Position numbers and translations under genes: made by a program | Shown: positions 1 through 11,890 of the stretch, piece after piece | Layout of the letters: the number at the start of each line of letters is the position of its first letter | How positions within the stretch are numbered: position 1 is the stretch's first letter | DNA from: Eledone cirrhosa | Taxonomy: Eukaryota | DNA length: 64,000 nt | Assembly (NCBI GenBank): GCA_964016885.1 | Contig: OZ024745.1 | Span: 102,672,001 to 102,736,000, forward strand | Reading direction: 5' to 3' | The notes under the pieces: model-generated | The model's database searches: none | Told to the model about the DNA's origin: nothing | Seen by the model: the letters and a program-made list of their open reading frames with translations, nothing else

Positions 1-644
1 TTAATGGATTTATTTTCGTCTATGTTTATGCTTTTACAAATGTGTATATTGACCAGAAATGGAACAATTTTATAAATAGCTACTTCTATTCCTCATACCA
101 ACAATCCAGTTTAATTGGAGTCTTTCGTAATGAACCATACCTTTGATGTAGTATGCTATTATTGTTTTGCCCCAGGTCAGTCTGACTGAGCAGACATATT
201 ATCAAAGATACTTCAGCTGTAAAAATCATATATTTTTTCAGACACAGTATCTGAGGCTACATTATCTAATGAAAAACAATAGTATGATTTGATTGTCATT
301 TGGCTATTTTCTAGCAGCCTGAGCAACAACGTAGTGGCTGCTTCATTTAATTTGTGTGTTTTTAGCATCTAAGATAGTCCTCATCATTCTGAGCATTTCT
401 TGGTGGTGAGAATTTGATTCTATTGAATTTATCTATGTGGTTTAAAGTGGTTGTGTAAGCCTATTTCTTCCTAATACCTCCCTGGCAACAAGTACATGAG
501 AGATTGCACTGCAGCTGGATCAGAGTGGCCTTTTTGCTGGCCTTCTACTTTTCTCAGCTTCTTTATAGTTACTATCAAAGAATACACATCCAATGTGGCA
601 TTTATCCCAGCAAAGAGTCGACCATTCATTACTCTTTGATAGTG

Positions 645-985
645 TCATCATCATCATCATCATTTTACATCCGCTTTTCCCTGCTTGCAAAGGTGGGACG
701 GGAACTGATTCTGGCTTGATTTCTACAGCTGGATGCCCTTCCTAACACCAACCTCATTTACAGTGAGTGCTGGGTGCTTTTTTACCATGGCACCGCCACG
801 ACCACTTTGCAGTGGAATGATATGGACCCCTGTCCTATCATCTCATTTCTACAGCTGAGTAAACTGGAGTAAATGTGAAATAAAGTGTCTTGCTCAAGGA
901 AACAACACATCACCCGGTCTGAGAATTGAACTCACAACCTTTCAATTGTAAGGCCAGTGCTCTATCCACTAAGCCATGTGCCTCC
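645..985 (-). mobile_element. tRNA-derived CORE-type SINE with RTE-like (ATG)n tail
   Basis: Minus strand has A box TGGCTTAGTGG and B box GAGTTCAATTC, a CORE-like block (ccttgagcaagacactt...cagctgtagaaatgag) and a 3' end gcagggaaaagcggatgtaaaatgatgatg. Near-identical copy at 24377-24717. Confidence 0.85.
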
Positions 986-1149
986 ATATCATAAATAACT
1001 ACTTGATTATCAATTCTTTCATTAAGAAGTAGCAATAAATAATAAATACTACAAATGTTGAGATACATTTCAGTGCTCAAATGTATAATAACTGAAATTT
1101 GATCTCAAAAGGATTTGATTTACAAATTCCTAAACAACTAAACTGACTT

Positions 1150-1660
1150 CATCAGCAGCAGCATCACCGTTTAACTTCTATTTCTCATGTTTGCATGGAA
1201 TAGACGGGTTGTCACATTGAGAAATATCAGGTCAGGTCTAGCTCATACAGATCTGCTTCTGACTTCATTTCTACAGTTGGATGCTCTTCCTACTGTCAAC
1301 TACATTACAGTGTGGACTGGGTGCTTTTTATCATAACACCAAAATGACCCTCTAACAGGGTGGACCAGTTGCTTTTTCATCAGACCACCAGCATCACCAT
1401 CTACAGGGTGAACTGGGTGCTCTTTTGTCATGCCATAAACACAACCACCTTTTAGCGTAGATTGGTTGCTTTTTGTTGTCATCAGCAAAACCACCTTAGT
1501 GGCTTTTGTTCTGATGGCAGGATTGTGGGAGAGTAATTGTGGGGCACGTCCAGCTTTTCTTGCATGTATGCATGGGCTGTACAATAGGTATATCAGGTGT
1601 AGAGGAGAGATCAGAGTGAAACAAATATGCAGGTTGGTGATGGATGAGTATTAAGGTGTG
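1150..1660 (-). mobile_element. decayed RTE 3' UTR fragment with internal tandem units
   Basis: Contains the ctacagttggatgctcttcc motif and repeated cagtgtggactgggtgcttttt units, also seen in the RTE 3' UTRs at 15122-15770 and 51851-52350. Confidence 0.55.
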
Positions 1661-3506
1661 TGAGTTGGAGAAGATTCTTGCAGTCTAATTAGTGTCTTCT
1701 AGATGTTTACGCCGTCTTGAGTACATGGGAAGGCAGTTCTTCAGTAGAGAATATCGCCAGAGGTCTACATCACATGTCATCACCTTTGAAAGGTTGAATT
1801 ATGCAAGGTCTCTAATGTAACTAACTCTTATGATGTTATCTAATTTCACCATAGTCGTTGATCATTAAATTATTGTTTTATAAACAAAATTTACTTCTGA
1901 TTTGGTAAACAGAACAAATTTGCTTGTTTAATATAAACAGCTGTATATTTTATTTCATTGATATTTTCTTTATTTTTACATTCAAATTTAGATTATTTTA
2001 TTGCTTAAATATACCAAGCAGAGGGGTAAAACAAACAAGAAAATGAGAATCATTTTTATTTGAAGATTAAAGATAAATCAAATTCTGATCAACTAAACAA
2101 ATATATTTTCATGAAATCTTAATTAAAGAAATAAATTTTCAGTATATTTTTTTTCAAGTATTTTATTACTGTTTCATAAATAGAAAATAAGAAATTGTCT
2201 CTTAAAAATATTTAATAATATTCTCTGCATTCAGTTTTTGATGAGATTAAAAATCATGTGAACAAGGCACACCCTTTGTGTATATCAACGTTTTACTCAC
2301 ACATATATGCACACACATACAGTAAACATATATATATATATATGAATATGTACAAATAAATGGTTTAAATAGGAAATAGTAGATACCCTAGAAGTGCAAT
2401 AGTGATATCCTCTTAGACTGATTAAGTCAATGCAATGTTTCCAGATTCTAGGAATTAAAAACTGGTATTTAATTTTACGTTTTAGTTTGGAGTTGAAAGT
2501 TAGCATCTATAAACTTTGTTGACTCCTAGACTATTGAAATAAATGTGGTTCATTATAGAAAGTGGAAAGGTGACAGGTACATCAAGAGGACCTAGAAGAA
2601 ACAGTAGGACAGACTGTGTATTAGAAGGATGGCTGTCTGATGGCCTTTGAAAACAGTTCTGAGTATTTTCATGGTTTTTGCTTATACTGTCATATATACT
2701 AGAGTTGTAATCTTGTGAAGGGTGCATTTCTGTCTATTTCTACTATTGGTTCAGTCTGGAAGAAGGAGCTGAGTCCATGGATTTGTAGGTCTTCTTACAC
2801 TGGTGGGATTGTTAAGGTTAACATTGGTCTGGAACCAATGTAAGGAAGAATATGTTATGGAAGGATGCTAGAGGCTCAACACTCTGAGACAAGGGAATAT
2901 ATATGGTAGTTAGTTTGGATCTGGGGTGTCGACATAATATAGCTTATAAATGGAGAGATTAATAAACCACGAATAACTGAGTACATGTATCATAAGGCTA
3001 AACAGGTAAAAAAAGCAGAGACTAATGTAGTAGTGGTAAATCAACAGAGAGGAGACAGCACAACTGGAGTCTGTTGGTGACCGACTTCATGCAAGTCTCA
3101 TTAATGTATGTCTCTTTAAATGTATTCAAGAATCTATGTATTTGTAACAGTAGTACCATCTTAGATGTAGAAGCAACATTCATTGTGACATTCATCTGAG
3201 CTTTCTAAATAGCTGTTGTTGGGAGCTGAATATCTTCTGGTTCTGAAGAGGATGCCAGTCTTTGTGATACAGGCTTTGCTATAATGGGGTAGAGCATACG
3301 CTAAGGGAGATTCTCTGTGAATGTGAGGTCTAACATTTGTATCAAGTTGGAAGGTTTAGCTGTATGTTGTCCATGACTGGGTGAAAATAGAAATGCGTTT
3401 TCTTGATATACACAAAGATTATTTTCTTAATTCTGTTGAAGGAGGTAAGGTAGATATGACTCAATGTGAGATCTTTTGAGATCTCTGGAGGCAGTAAACA
3501 TTTGGT

Positions 3507-3667
3507 ATAATTGTTTCTACTTTAGGCACAAGGCCAGCATTACTGGTACTTTATTTTATCGACCCCGTAAGGATGAAAGGCAAAGTCAACCTCGGTGGGA
3601 TTTGAACTCAGGGACGTAACTATGCTGGAAAGCATGGCATCCGACCCTCTACTGATACTGCCAATCC
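3507..3667 (-). mobile_element. tRNA-derived SINE (Meta-domain-like), (ATT)n tail
   Basis: Reverse complement of the family consensus gagttcaaatcc..gaggttgactttgcctttcatccttacggggtcgataaaataaagtaccagt..ggccttgtgcc..agaaacaattat. Confidence 0.85.
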
Positions 3668-4130
3668 ACGTCTTGGTTGTATGTGAGAAGGTTAGGTATA
3701 CAATCTGACAGAAAGGTTCAAATTCAAGAGATAACAAATACATAGAAGTCATTAAAGGGCAGGTGAGTTGAGTTATTTGCTTGCCAAATGTGGCTAAATA
3801 TTTACTGATGACAAGTGCAACAACATCATTTTTGACAAATTTCTCAACATTGAAGGCCTACTATGAAAACCTATATAAGAACAGATCTCCATTAGATTTA
3901 ACTTTATAGAAACCTTACTAGTGGGAGATGGATTAAAAGTGTTAGTGAAGGTGATATTGTAACCACTTTCTAGGGATTGAATGGCTTTAAGCCAATTGAA
4001 CCAATTGCTCGCAGTTGAACCTTACAATTAAAGAAAATATATTAGGATTTCACACAGTAAGTATTTATATAGTAGGAATTGTGGATTTTCCTTTCAATCT
4101 ATTTTGTATTCAAAGTTTGCTTGTGTTCTT

Positions 4131-4315
4131 AGCAGAACTGCCAGTATCGGTACTATGCTTTGACGCATAGAGTTATGGCCCTTGCCCTTTATGGTCTGAG
4201 TTCAAATCCTGCTGAGGTTAACTTTGCCTTTCATTCTTACGGGGTTGATAAAATAAAGTACCAGTAACGCACTGGATAATTGTTGGCCTTGTGCCAAAAG
4301 TAGAAACAATTATTA
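4131..4315 (+). mobile_element. tRNA-derived SINE (Meta-domain-like)
   Basis: Same consensus as 3507-3667, with a B box gagttcaaatcc. Confidence 0.85.
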
Positions 4316-4479
4316 GACTTCTGTTTGAGCAATGGACTATCTATTATGAATACCTTCTTCCAATTGAAAGACACCTATAAATATACATGGTATAAGGGTA
4401 ATCAGAGACAGAGATAAGTGATTGACATTGTTCTTGTCTATGATCTTTTTTATTTGTGTTGAATGTTCATGTTAAGAGA

Positions 4480-4770
4480 GGGGCTAAGCTGTCGACTGGT
4501 TCAATCAAATGATCAAAGTTTGAGCAAAGAGGGTGGCTTACAAAGCTTGGCTTGGAAATAAATCCTCGTTCTTGTAATTACAGTACAAGCAGGTACGAAA
4601 AGTACCAAAACAGTAAAAGTGTCCAAAGTTAAGGCATGGAACGACTTAGCAGTTAAGCTGGAATCCAACTTTAGATGAAAAAATAAGATCGGATGATAGG
4701 CAGTCTGAGGAAGGAGACCCACAAGGTTGGGTGGTTGTTACAGCGGGAATCAATGGCCATTGTCTGCAGA
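4480..4770 (+). mobile_element. RTE (Expander/Rex3-like) linker fragment
   Basis: Degenerate translation AYKAWLGNKSS..YKQVRK..KVKAWNDLAVKLESNFR resembles the EN-RT linker. It appears to continue at ~11120. Confidence 0.45.
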
Positions 4771-5163
4771 AATGCTTTTGTAATCTTTTCTGCGAGGTGC
4801 AACCCTTCTGCCCTCATACCCTAGGCCTAAAGACCAATTACTCTCCCCCTTCACCCCTCCCTTCTCTTTTGCAACACTAGGGTTCTTGTCATCCCCTCCC
4901 CTTCCGGTTTTTTTCTTTTTTCTTTCTTTTTCTCTTTTTTCTCTATATTTTCCTATTCTTTTTTCTTTTGTTTCCTTTTCTTTTACTATTATTGTTGTTA
5001 TTATTGTTGTCATTATTATTATTATTATTATTGGCGACCTACGTAGGAAATCGTATTATCGGGAGCTCCACAAAGGTTTGTTGTTTTCAGTTGTTTCAAA
5101 TTGCCAGTTATGGACATTTTTGTTGTTAAGTGTTTATAAATTCATATACATTGCTTTCTGAAA

Positions 5164-7226
5164 ATGACACTCAATAATATTGGAGCCTTGAGCCCAAAAT
5201 TTAAACTTTTATATTTATTAAATATAAATTTCTTTGAAAAAAAACATGACGGCTTTCAGCTACCCAAAGCTAACAGCCTAACATCTCCCACCACCACCAC
5301 CATTGTAAACCTTGCTACGCCTGCCAACACTGAAAATATAAGTAATAGCAATGGCAATTATTTAAATTTGTTACATGCAGACATGCATTTCCTGCCATTA
5401 CCAATAACTGCAGGTGTTAAAGCCGCCACCCCCACCACCACAATGTCAGAAAGAACAACCAACACCATTGATACCACCACCACAGCGACAACAGAAACAC
5501 AAAATAAATTATTATCTCGTGACATCGAAATGGATTCACCCAGAATCAACTCTTCCACGCCAAACACCACTGACATCACCACCATAACTGAAACTAAAAA
5601 TAATAATAACAAAAATAACAATAACAACAACAACAATGAGAATAACAACAACAACATCAACACCAGCGCAAAGCAAAGTGTGTCGTTTGCTAAAGCGACC
5701 CATAAAAACGAGTTGAGGTAAACCAGGATGAATTGAATGAAGCCAAGCGAATGGTAAAAAAAAATCGGTACAGGATCAGCCTCACCCCCCCCCCCCCCAT
5801 CTAATAAAATGGAGCATCGGCGCCTATGCACCGTGTCATAAACACAACAATAAACACAAAATCACGCCGAGTGGAACGGGCATCCGAGTCCCAGATACAA
5901 AAAGCTTTGGGACATGTGTGGGCGCAAAAAACCCACATCAGACGTGGGCAGAAATATGGAACCGTTGACGTGTTCTTTGGAACCCCCACAGGAAGCGAGA
6001 GAGCACTCCATGGTCCCATTAAAAAGTGACAAATTCACACTCGTCCCAAGCTATTGTGGTCAGAGGCTCGTGAGGATCAGGATGACCCAGGTTCCGCCGG
6101 CCATTGAAATTCCCTGGCTAATGGCTGCCGTTCTCGCTGAGATGGAGGCCAACACTAAAGTAATTGAGGTGATAAAAGTAAATCAGGATAACTGGTTCGG
6201 ATCTGGGATGGAGCTCCTGATCCAAGCAGACCAAAAAAACATACAAGAAATTCCAGAGGAGATAGACCTCAATGGCGGCAGCTACCTCACCGTAATCATT
6301 GAGGGTAGAAGGCCTAGGTGTGTCGTTTGTGGCGAAGGAACCCACCTAAAGGCTTTCTGCTCTCGGGCTAAAATGTTGAGGCCACCTCTCCTACCCACCC
6401 CAGTGACTCAACCATCAAAACCAGCAGCAGAAATGGCAGCAACAACAAAAGCAACTGTAGCAGCAACAGCTGTAGCAGCAACAATAGCAAAACCAACATC
6501 ACCACCACCCACAACGCCAGAATTAGCACCAGCGCCTCCACCATCCACCACGCCACAACCAAAACCAACACCTGTGGAGTATTTTCCTCTCCCCGACCTG
6601 TCACAACTGAAGACAGACTGTGATGACGAGGAGTGGGAAACTGTATCAGGAAAAAAGAGAAAAAAAAATAACCCCAAAAAAGGAAAAATCCTCTTCCTTC
6701 GCCCTCCAAAAACAAAATGCAGGGTGAGACAAACAAACAAACTAACAAAAAAGTTAAGACAGCTATGCCACCACCCACACCAGCATCACCAGCTCCATCA
6801 CCACAAACACCAACACCATCACCATTATCAACCCCACCACCACCATCACCAACACCACAAAAAATCATCAACAACCGAATCAGAAACAAACCCACAACGA
6901 ACACAAACAAAACAAAACAACCAAAACGATACACACTACACAGCATTAAATTTGAACAACAACCAATTATTACTCTACATCCAACACAACACCAGCATCA
7001 CAGAAAAAGATTATACAACACCCCAAAAATTTACACCGCCCCCACACATACAAATCACTCGCATCACACAGCAACATACACGACACTAAAATTAAAATTC
7101 CCCAAGGACATCGGAGACTTCCTACAAACACTTTCGAGGAAGATTTATAAAGATATCCTTCCTAAGAGGGCCACAAACAGTGAGAAGGATGGAAAAACCA
7201 TCCTTCCTCCACAAGAAGTGAGGTAA
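5164..7226 (+). pseudogene. LINE ORF1 (gag-like, CCHC zinc knuckle), frameshifted
   Basis: RPRCVVCGEGTHLKAFC (CX2CX4HX4C) in ORF 5914-7089, with T/N-rich and P-rich low-complexity flanks spread over several frames. Confidence 0.75.
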
Positions 7227-7262
7227 GTGGTTTTTCCCATCTTTTTCCACTCCTTTTTCAAC

Positions 7263-10200
7263 ATGACCTCACTCAGAATAGGCAGCATAAATGCACGTTG
7301 CCTGGGGTCGTCATGGAAGCAGGGCCATCTGCTCAATGACCTCAGGTCACTAAACATAGATGTGGTGGCCATCAGCGAGACCAGAATCTTAGAAGCACGA
7401 GCCTTCGCACCGATCTTTGGCGGCTATGATGTATACGCATCTCCCAGTCGTCGAGGATCGGGGAGAGTATTTGCTGTGCTTTTTTGGAGAGGTTTGGATC
7501 TCGCCATACGGGCCATCTTCCTGGACCCAGAAGGTAAGTTGCTGGTGCTGGACGTGACCAGCGGAGACGGGCAAGCTTTCAGGCTAGTGACCGTCTATGC
7601 CCCGACAGGAGCAGGGGGACCTGATTTCTTCCGGCGTCTGGAGACCTTTCTTGGAACGTCCCACTCTTTAGTGTTACTGGCCGACAGGAACGGCATTTTA
7701 GATGCACGCTGGGACTGTGTGGGATTAGCGGATAGGGGAGGAGGGTGTAAAAGCCTCACAAACCTGCTCAGATGGTTTCAACTGTCTGACAGGTACTATC
7801 TGGATTTCCCGAATGTGCCAATGTGGACATGGACAAACCGAATCGGGTGATCCAGATCATATCTAGATAGGGTATTTTGTAGAGAAATAGTTAGGTCTAG
7901 CATAGGCTGTCCACAATTCAAGATAGTCGACTACACGGACCACAAATTCGTGATCTGTGAGGTTGACTTAGATAGGCTTCATAGACAGGGACCCGGCTAC
8001 TTGAAGCTAAACGCGTCTTTAACAGCGCGCAAGGCATACAGAGACCGGATTAGCGAACTAGTTAAGCGGGCGTTGACGGGGGCCATCGTCAACAACAAAT
8101 GGTGGTTTGCACTGAAAAGAGTCTATTAGGTTTAGTAAGGCTTTAGCAATAGAGAAAAATAGAGCACAGGCAGAACTAGTCAGAAAATTAGAAGAGGCGC
8201 TTAGTAAAGGCATCGGGACCGACGTACTTGCGGCGAAATAGGCCCTTGACCAATTCTTCAATGCAAAGCACGAAGGCTGCGTTGTCAGAGCTAGGGTGCG
8301 TGCTCTGAGACACGAGAGGACGAAAGCCGTTCAATGAGCCCGAGTGGCAGAGGCGCGTCGTGGAAACAAAGCCACGACTTGATCTTTGGTGGACCACGAC
8401 GGGCGCATGTTACTCGATCCCAGGCAAATGTGTGAAGCTTTTCAGCGACATTTCGCCCAGCTATTCGAGGGCAGCGGCGGGCCGGATCGCGGGATTTACT
8501 TTAGTGTCTACTTTGACGGACTGCCGCGGCTCTCGGCTACTGAGGCTGAGTGTTGCGAAAAGCCAATAACAGCCGCTGAAGTACGGGAGCCAATGACTGG
8601 CTGCACAAGGGGTAAATCGCCTGGTTTGGATGGTCTGCCCTACGAACTTTACGCACTCATGCCAGACTTGTTTGGAGGCCTCTTGGCAGACGTCTACTGC
8701 AACTGGCAACAGAACGGGAGAATTCCCAGCTCTGTGAGCCGAGGAGCTGTGGCGCTGCTGAGAAAGGATCCGAACAAGGGGGATAACATAGATAATTTCA
8801 GGCCCATAACCCTGCTAAACACAGAGTTCAAGATTTTGGCCAAGGTGCTAGAAAAGAGGTTGGCGCTTGTCATTGGTGGTCCGGTAGGAGAGGCACAGAC
8901 AGATTAATCCATGATAACCTCCACCTCATGCAATACATCGTGGAGAGGGTGGTTAGGGAACCTGGCACGGGTGGGTCCTTGATCAATTTAGATCAGTCGA
9001 ACGCTTTCGATAGGGTCGACCATCGTTATCTGGCGGCAGTCCTGAGGGCGGCTGGCTTTGGGCCCGTCTTCAGAGACTGCATCGCTGCCATGCACAACGA
9101 CATCTGCTTTGTGGTGAGAGTGAATGGTCACCTTTCGGAACCGTTCAACATCACGCGCTCAGTCGCCAAGGATTTCTCCTCTCGTCCCTGTTGTACATAT
9201 TGACTCTCGAGCCATTACTGCACAAACTGGAGATGTTGAAGGGGCTCCAGCGTGATCTAGGATCCAGAAGATCCATGTCAACATATGCAGACGATGTTAC
9301 CGTAGTGGTGTCGAACGCCAAACAGGTGATCAGTACTACACTAAGAGAATATGAGGCGGTGACAAGAGCAATGATTAACCAGGAAAAGTCAGTGATCCTG
9401 CAGTTTGGCACCTGGAGAAGCAGGTCCATGCCATCCAAAAGCATCGTCGGGTGCTGGACGGACGGACCGGTTAAATTGCTAGGGGTCTGGTTCGGTCTGG
9501 ACCTCCAGACGGATAAAAACTGATACGACGTGACAAGCAGGGTGGCTTCTCTCACCCAGAAATGGGAAGAGAGGAAGCTATCCTTGAAAGGTCGAGCGGA
9601 GGTGGAGAATGCGTATTATCGCGCCCGTCATCTACTACCGCCTGACCGTCATGCCTTGTTCTAAGCCTTGTCTGACTGCGCTGGGGTGTTTGCTCTTTTG
9701 CTTTTTGTGGAAGGGAAGCGCTCTGATGGTCAACCGGTCCATCTGCTGTCAACACCCGCTACGTGGAGTGCTGGGCATGCCATGGCTGATGATGCGCAGA
9801 CACGCGCTCAGGCTATGACATCTCCACCTCTTCCTCGACGGTGATCAGGTGTGGTCGCCATTTGCTAGACGCGTCTTTCCCCAGCTCGATTCCTTGACGG
9901 AGCTGCAGTCCTGGGTCAAGTGAAGACCGAGAGGGGGCGCTTAGAGACTGGAATGTCTTCAGGCACTCACAGCCCTCGACCAGTCGGGCAATGTGATCGG
10001 TGGAAATTCCACCTTGGTGTTCTATAGAGGATTAGTGGAGGGGAAGAGCGACGGCGTACTTGGGGAAACTCTAGGCGTCGACGAAAATCAACTAGCCAAT
10101 CTCTTTGGAAGAGCTTTCGGGCCGGGGCCTATGGACATCTTCCAGAAATCCCTGGCCTGGCAGTGCTACCGAGGAGCTTTGCCAGTTTGGGATAACCTCT

Positions 10201-10671
10201 ACAGGCACGGAGGTGCCGTCAGCCATGCATGTCCAAGATGCACGCAGGGCGACGAAACCGTCCTGTACACAGGGCAACGAAACTGTACTGCATGCACTCG
10301 TCCAGTGTCCGAACATTGCTGACTTGTGGGTTTATGTCGAACACCTGCTGTCGCGTGTAGGACAGATCCGGCTATCAGCTGAGTCCATCATGAGGATTGC
10401 CCCGCCCTCTTCCTTTAGCCAGTAAGGGCAGGCAGTTTTTATCTGTCTGGTGGCCATGGCGAAAGAGATAGTATGCTGGACATGTTTGAAAGGGTTGAAG
10501 ACGAGCACTTACCTCTTCGGTGATGCCCTGATTAACTTTTTCAAATTTCATTTGAAAAGGAAAATCAGGGTCGGGAGGGAACTGCTCTCTTCCCAGCATT
10601 TTGTTTAAAGATGGGTGAGAGAGGCAAGAATGACCCGAGTGAATGGGCCTACTCTTAGTATGCACCTGTAA
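7263..10671 (+). pseudogene. LINE ORF2 (APE endonuclease, reverse transcriptase, zinc finger), multiple stops and frameshifts
   Basis: Motifs SINARCL, DVVAISET, VYAP, TDH, KSPGLDGLPYELY, FRPITLLNTEFKILAKVL, LDQSNAFDRVDH, YADD and CPRC..ETVLHALVQCP. Confidence 0.9.
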
Positions 10672-11119
10672 ATTGAAGGTGGAAAACTGGGAGAGGGCAC
10701 TTGCCCTGGTGGTCAGAGTCACCGTGGCTTTTTTAATGGCCTTTCTCCACGAATGTCCTCAGAAGTCTCCCCCCCCCCCCTATTAGGGAATTTTTCATTG
10801 GTTCCTTTTTTTTTACAACCTCTGTTTTTGTTTTTTTTACACGCAGAAATGTCCATTTGTACCGTCCTGTGTTGTCCTTAATGTCTTATTTGTGTAAACC
10901 CTTGTGGTTAATAAAGAAAGCATTATTATTATTATTGTTGTTGTTGTTGTTGTTGTTGTTGTTAGCTGGCTATGTGCCAAAAGTAGAAACAATTATTATT
11001 ATTATTACTGTAAATAAAAATTAACATTACTATTACATATAAGTATTCTGGCAAACCATCCACCAACTTCATAATAAGAAGTCCTCATCCACGCCTGCTA
11101 TCAGGAACACATCTAGGGT

Positions 11120-11890
11120 CCTTCTGTCTTTAGAGATGTGCATCTTTGCAAGGTAGCAAGAATACATTACTGATCTCCTAAACCAAGTCACAACATCTGA
11201 TGTATATGAGATGCATCAGGGAGTGATGACTAATGGCCTCTGGGGAGGATAAAATTCAGCCCCAGATGTTAAAAGCCTTAAATAGAGAAGGTATTCTCTA
11301 GCCGACTCATGTGTGCTGGGTGACCTGGATCTATGAAAAGGCACTTAAGCAATGGCAATCGGGATTGGTAATCCCAATTTACAAAATGGGGGGCAAGAAA
11401 AACTGCTCCAGTTATAGAGGGATCTCCTTCGTAAGCCTTCCCATTAAGGTCTATGCTAAGTGTCTCTCAAAGAGATGTAGGGAGATTGTCAAGTCCAAGC
11501 TAGCTGACAAACAGTATGGTTTTAGCCCCGGATGCAGCACATCCAACCAAATATTCACACTGCAGTGGGTCTGTGTCAAATCATGGAATTATTGCCAAGA
11601 GGTGTATGCTTGTTTTGTAGACCTTGAAAAGGCATATGAATTGTAACAGAATCCCTCTAAAGGGTCTTTGGAGTAACATTACCCAATAGAATGCACATCT
11701 CAGAGATCAAAGAGTTGCTCCAGGTAGAGTTGCAGCTTCTCCAAATTGAGAGATTACAACTTCAATCTTACGGTCATGCAGTTACAATGTCTCAGGAAAG
11801 AATTGCTGCACAGATTTTACAGGCAAAACCAAGAGATATGTGGTAAGACACTGAGCAAGATCGTTGGATAACATCCATAAGCTCAGCTTC
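11120..11890 (+). mobile_element. RTE (Expander/Rex3-like) RT fragment, internally deleted
   Basis: WQSGLVIPIYK..CSSYRGIS..QYGFSPG..STSNQIFTL..YACFVDLEKAYE, followed by the C-terminal remnant GVTL..IERLQLQSYGH. Confidence 0.8.

Larger units (their letters stand above)
5033..10921 (+). mobile_element. near full-length decayed Tx1/L1-clade non-LTR retrotransposon
   Basis: ORF1 with a CCHC knuckle, then ORF2 with APE endonuclease, RT and a C-terminal cysteine motif. 3' UTR carries AATAAA at 10910. Both flanks are (ATT)n/(GTT)n. Confidence 0.9.

Noticed and set aside
900-985. tRNA-like A and B boxes
   Set aside because: SINE head with no complete cloverleaf; it continues into the CORE body.
5358-6946. 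Hydrophobic minus-strand ORFs
   Set aside because: Antisense shadows of the low-complexity LINE ORF1.
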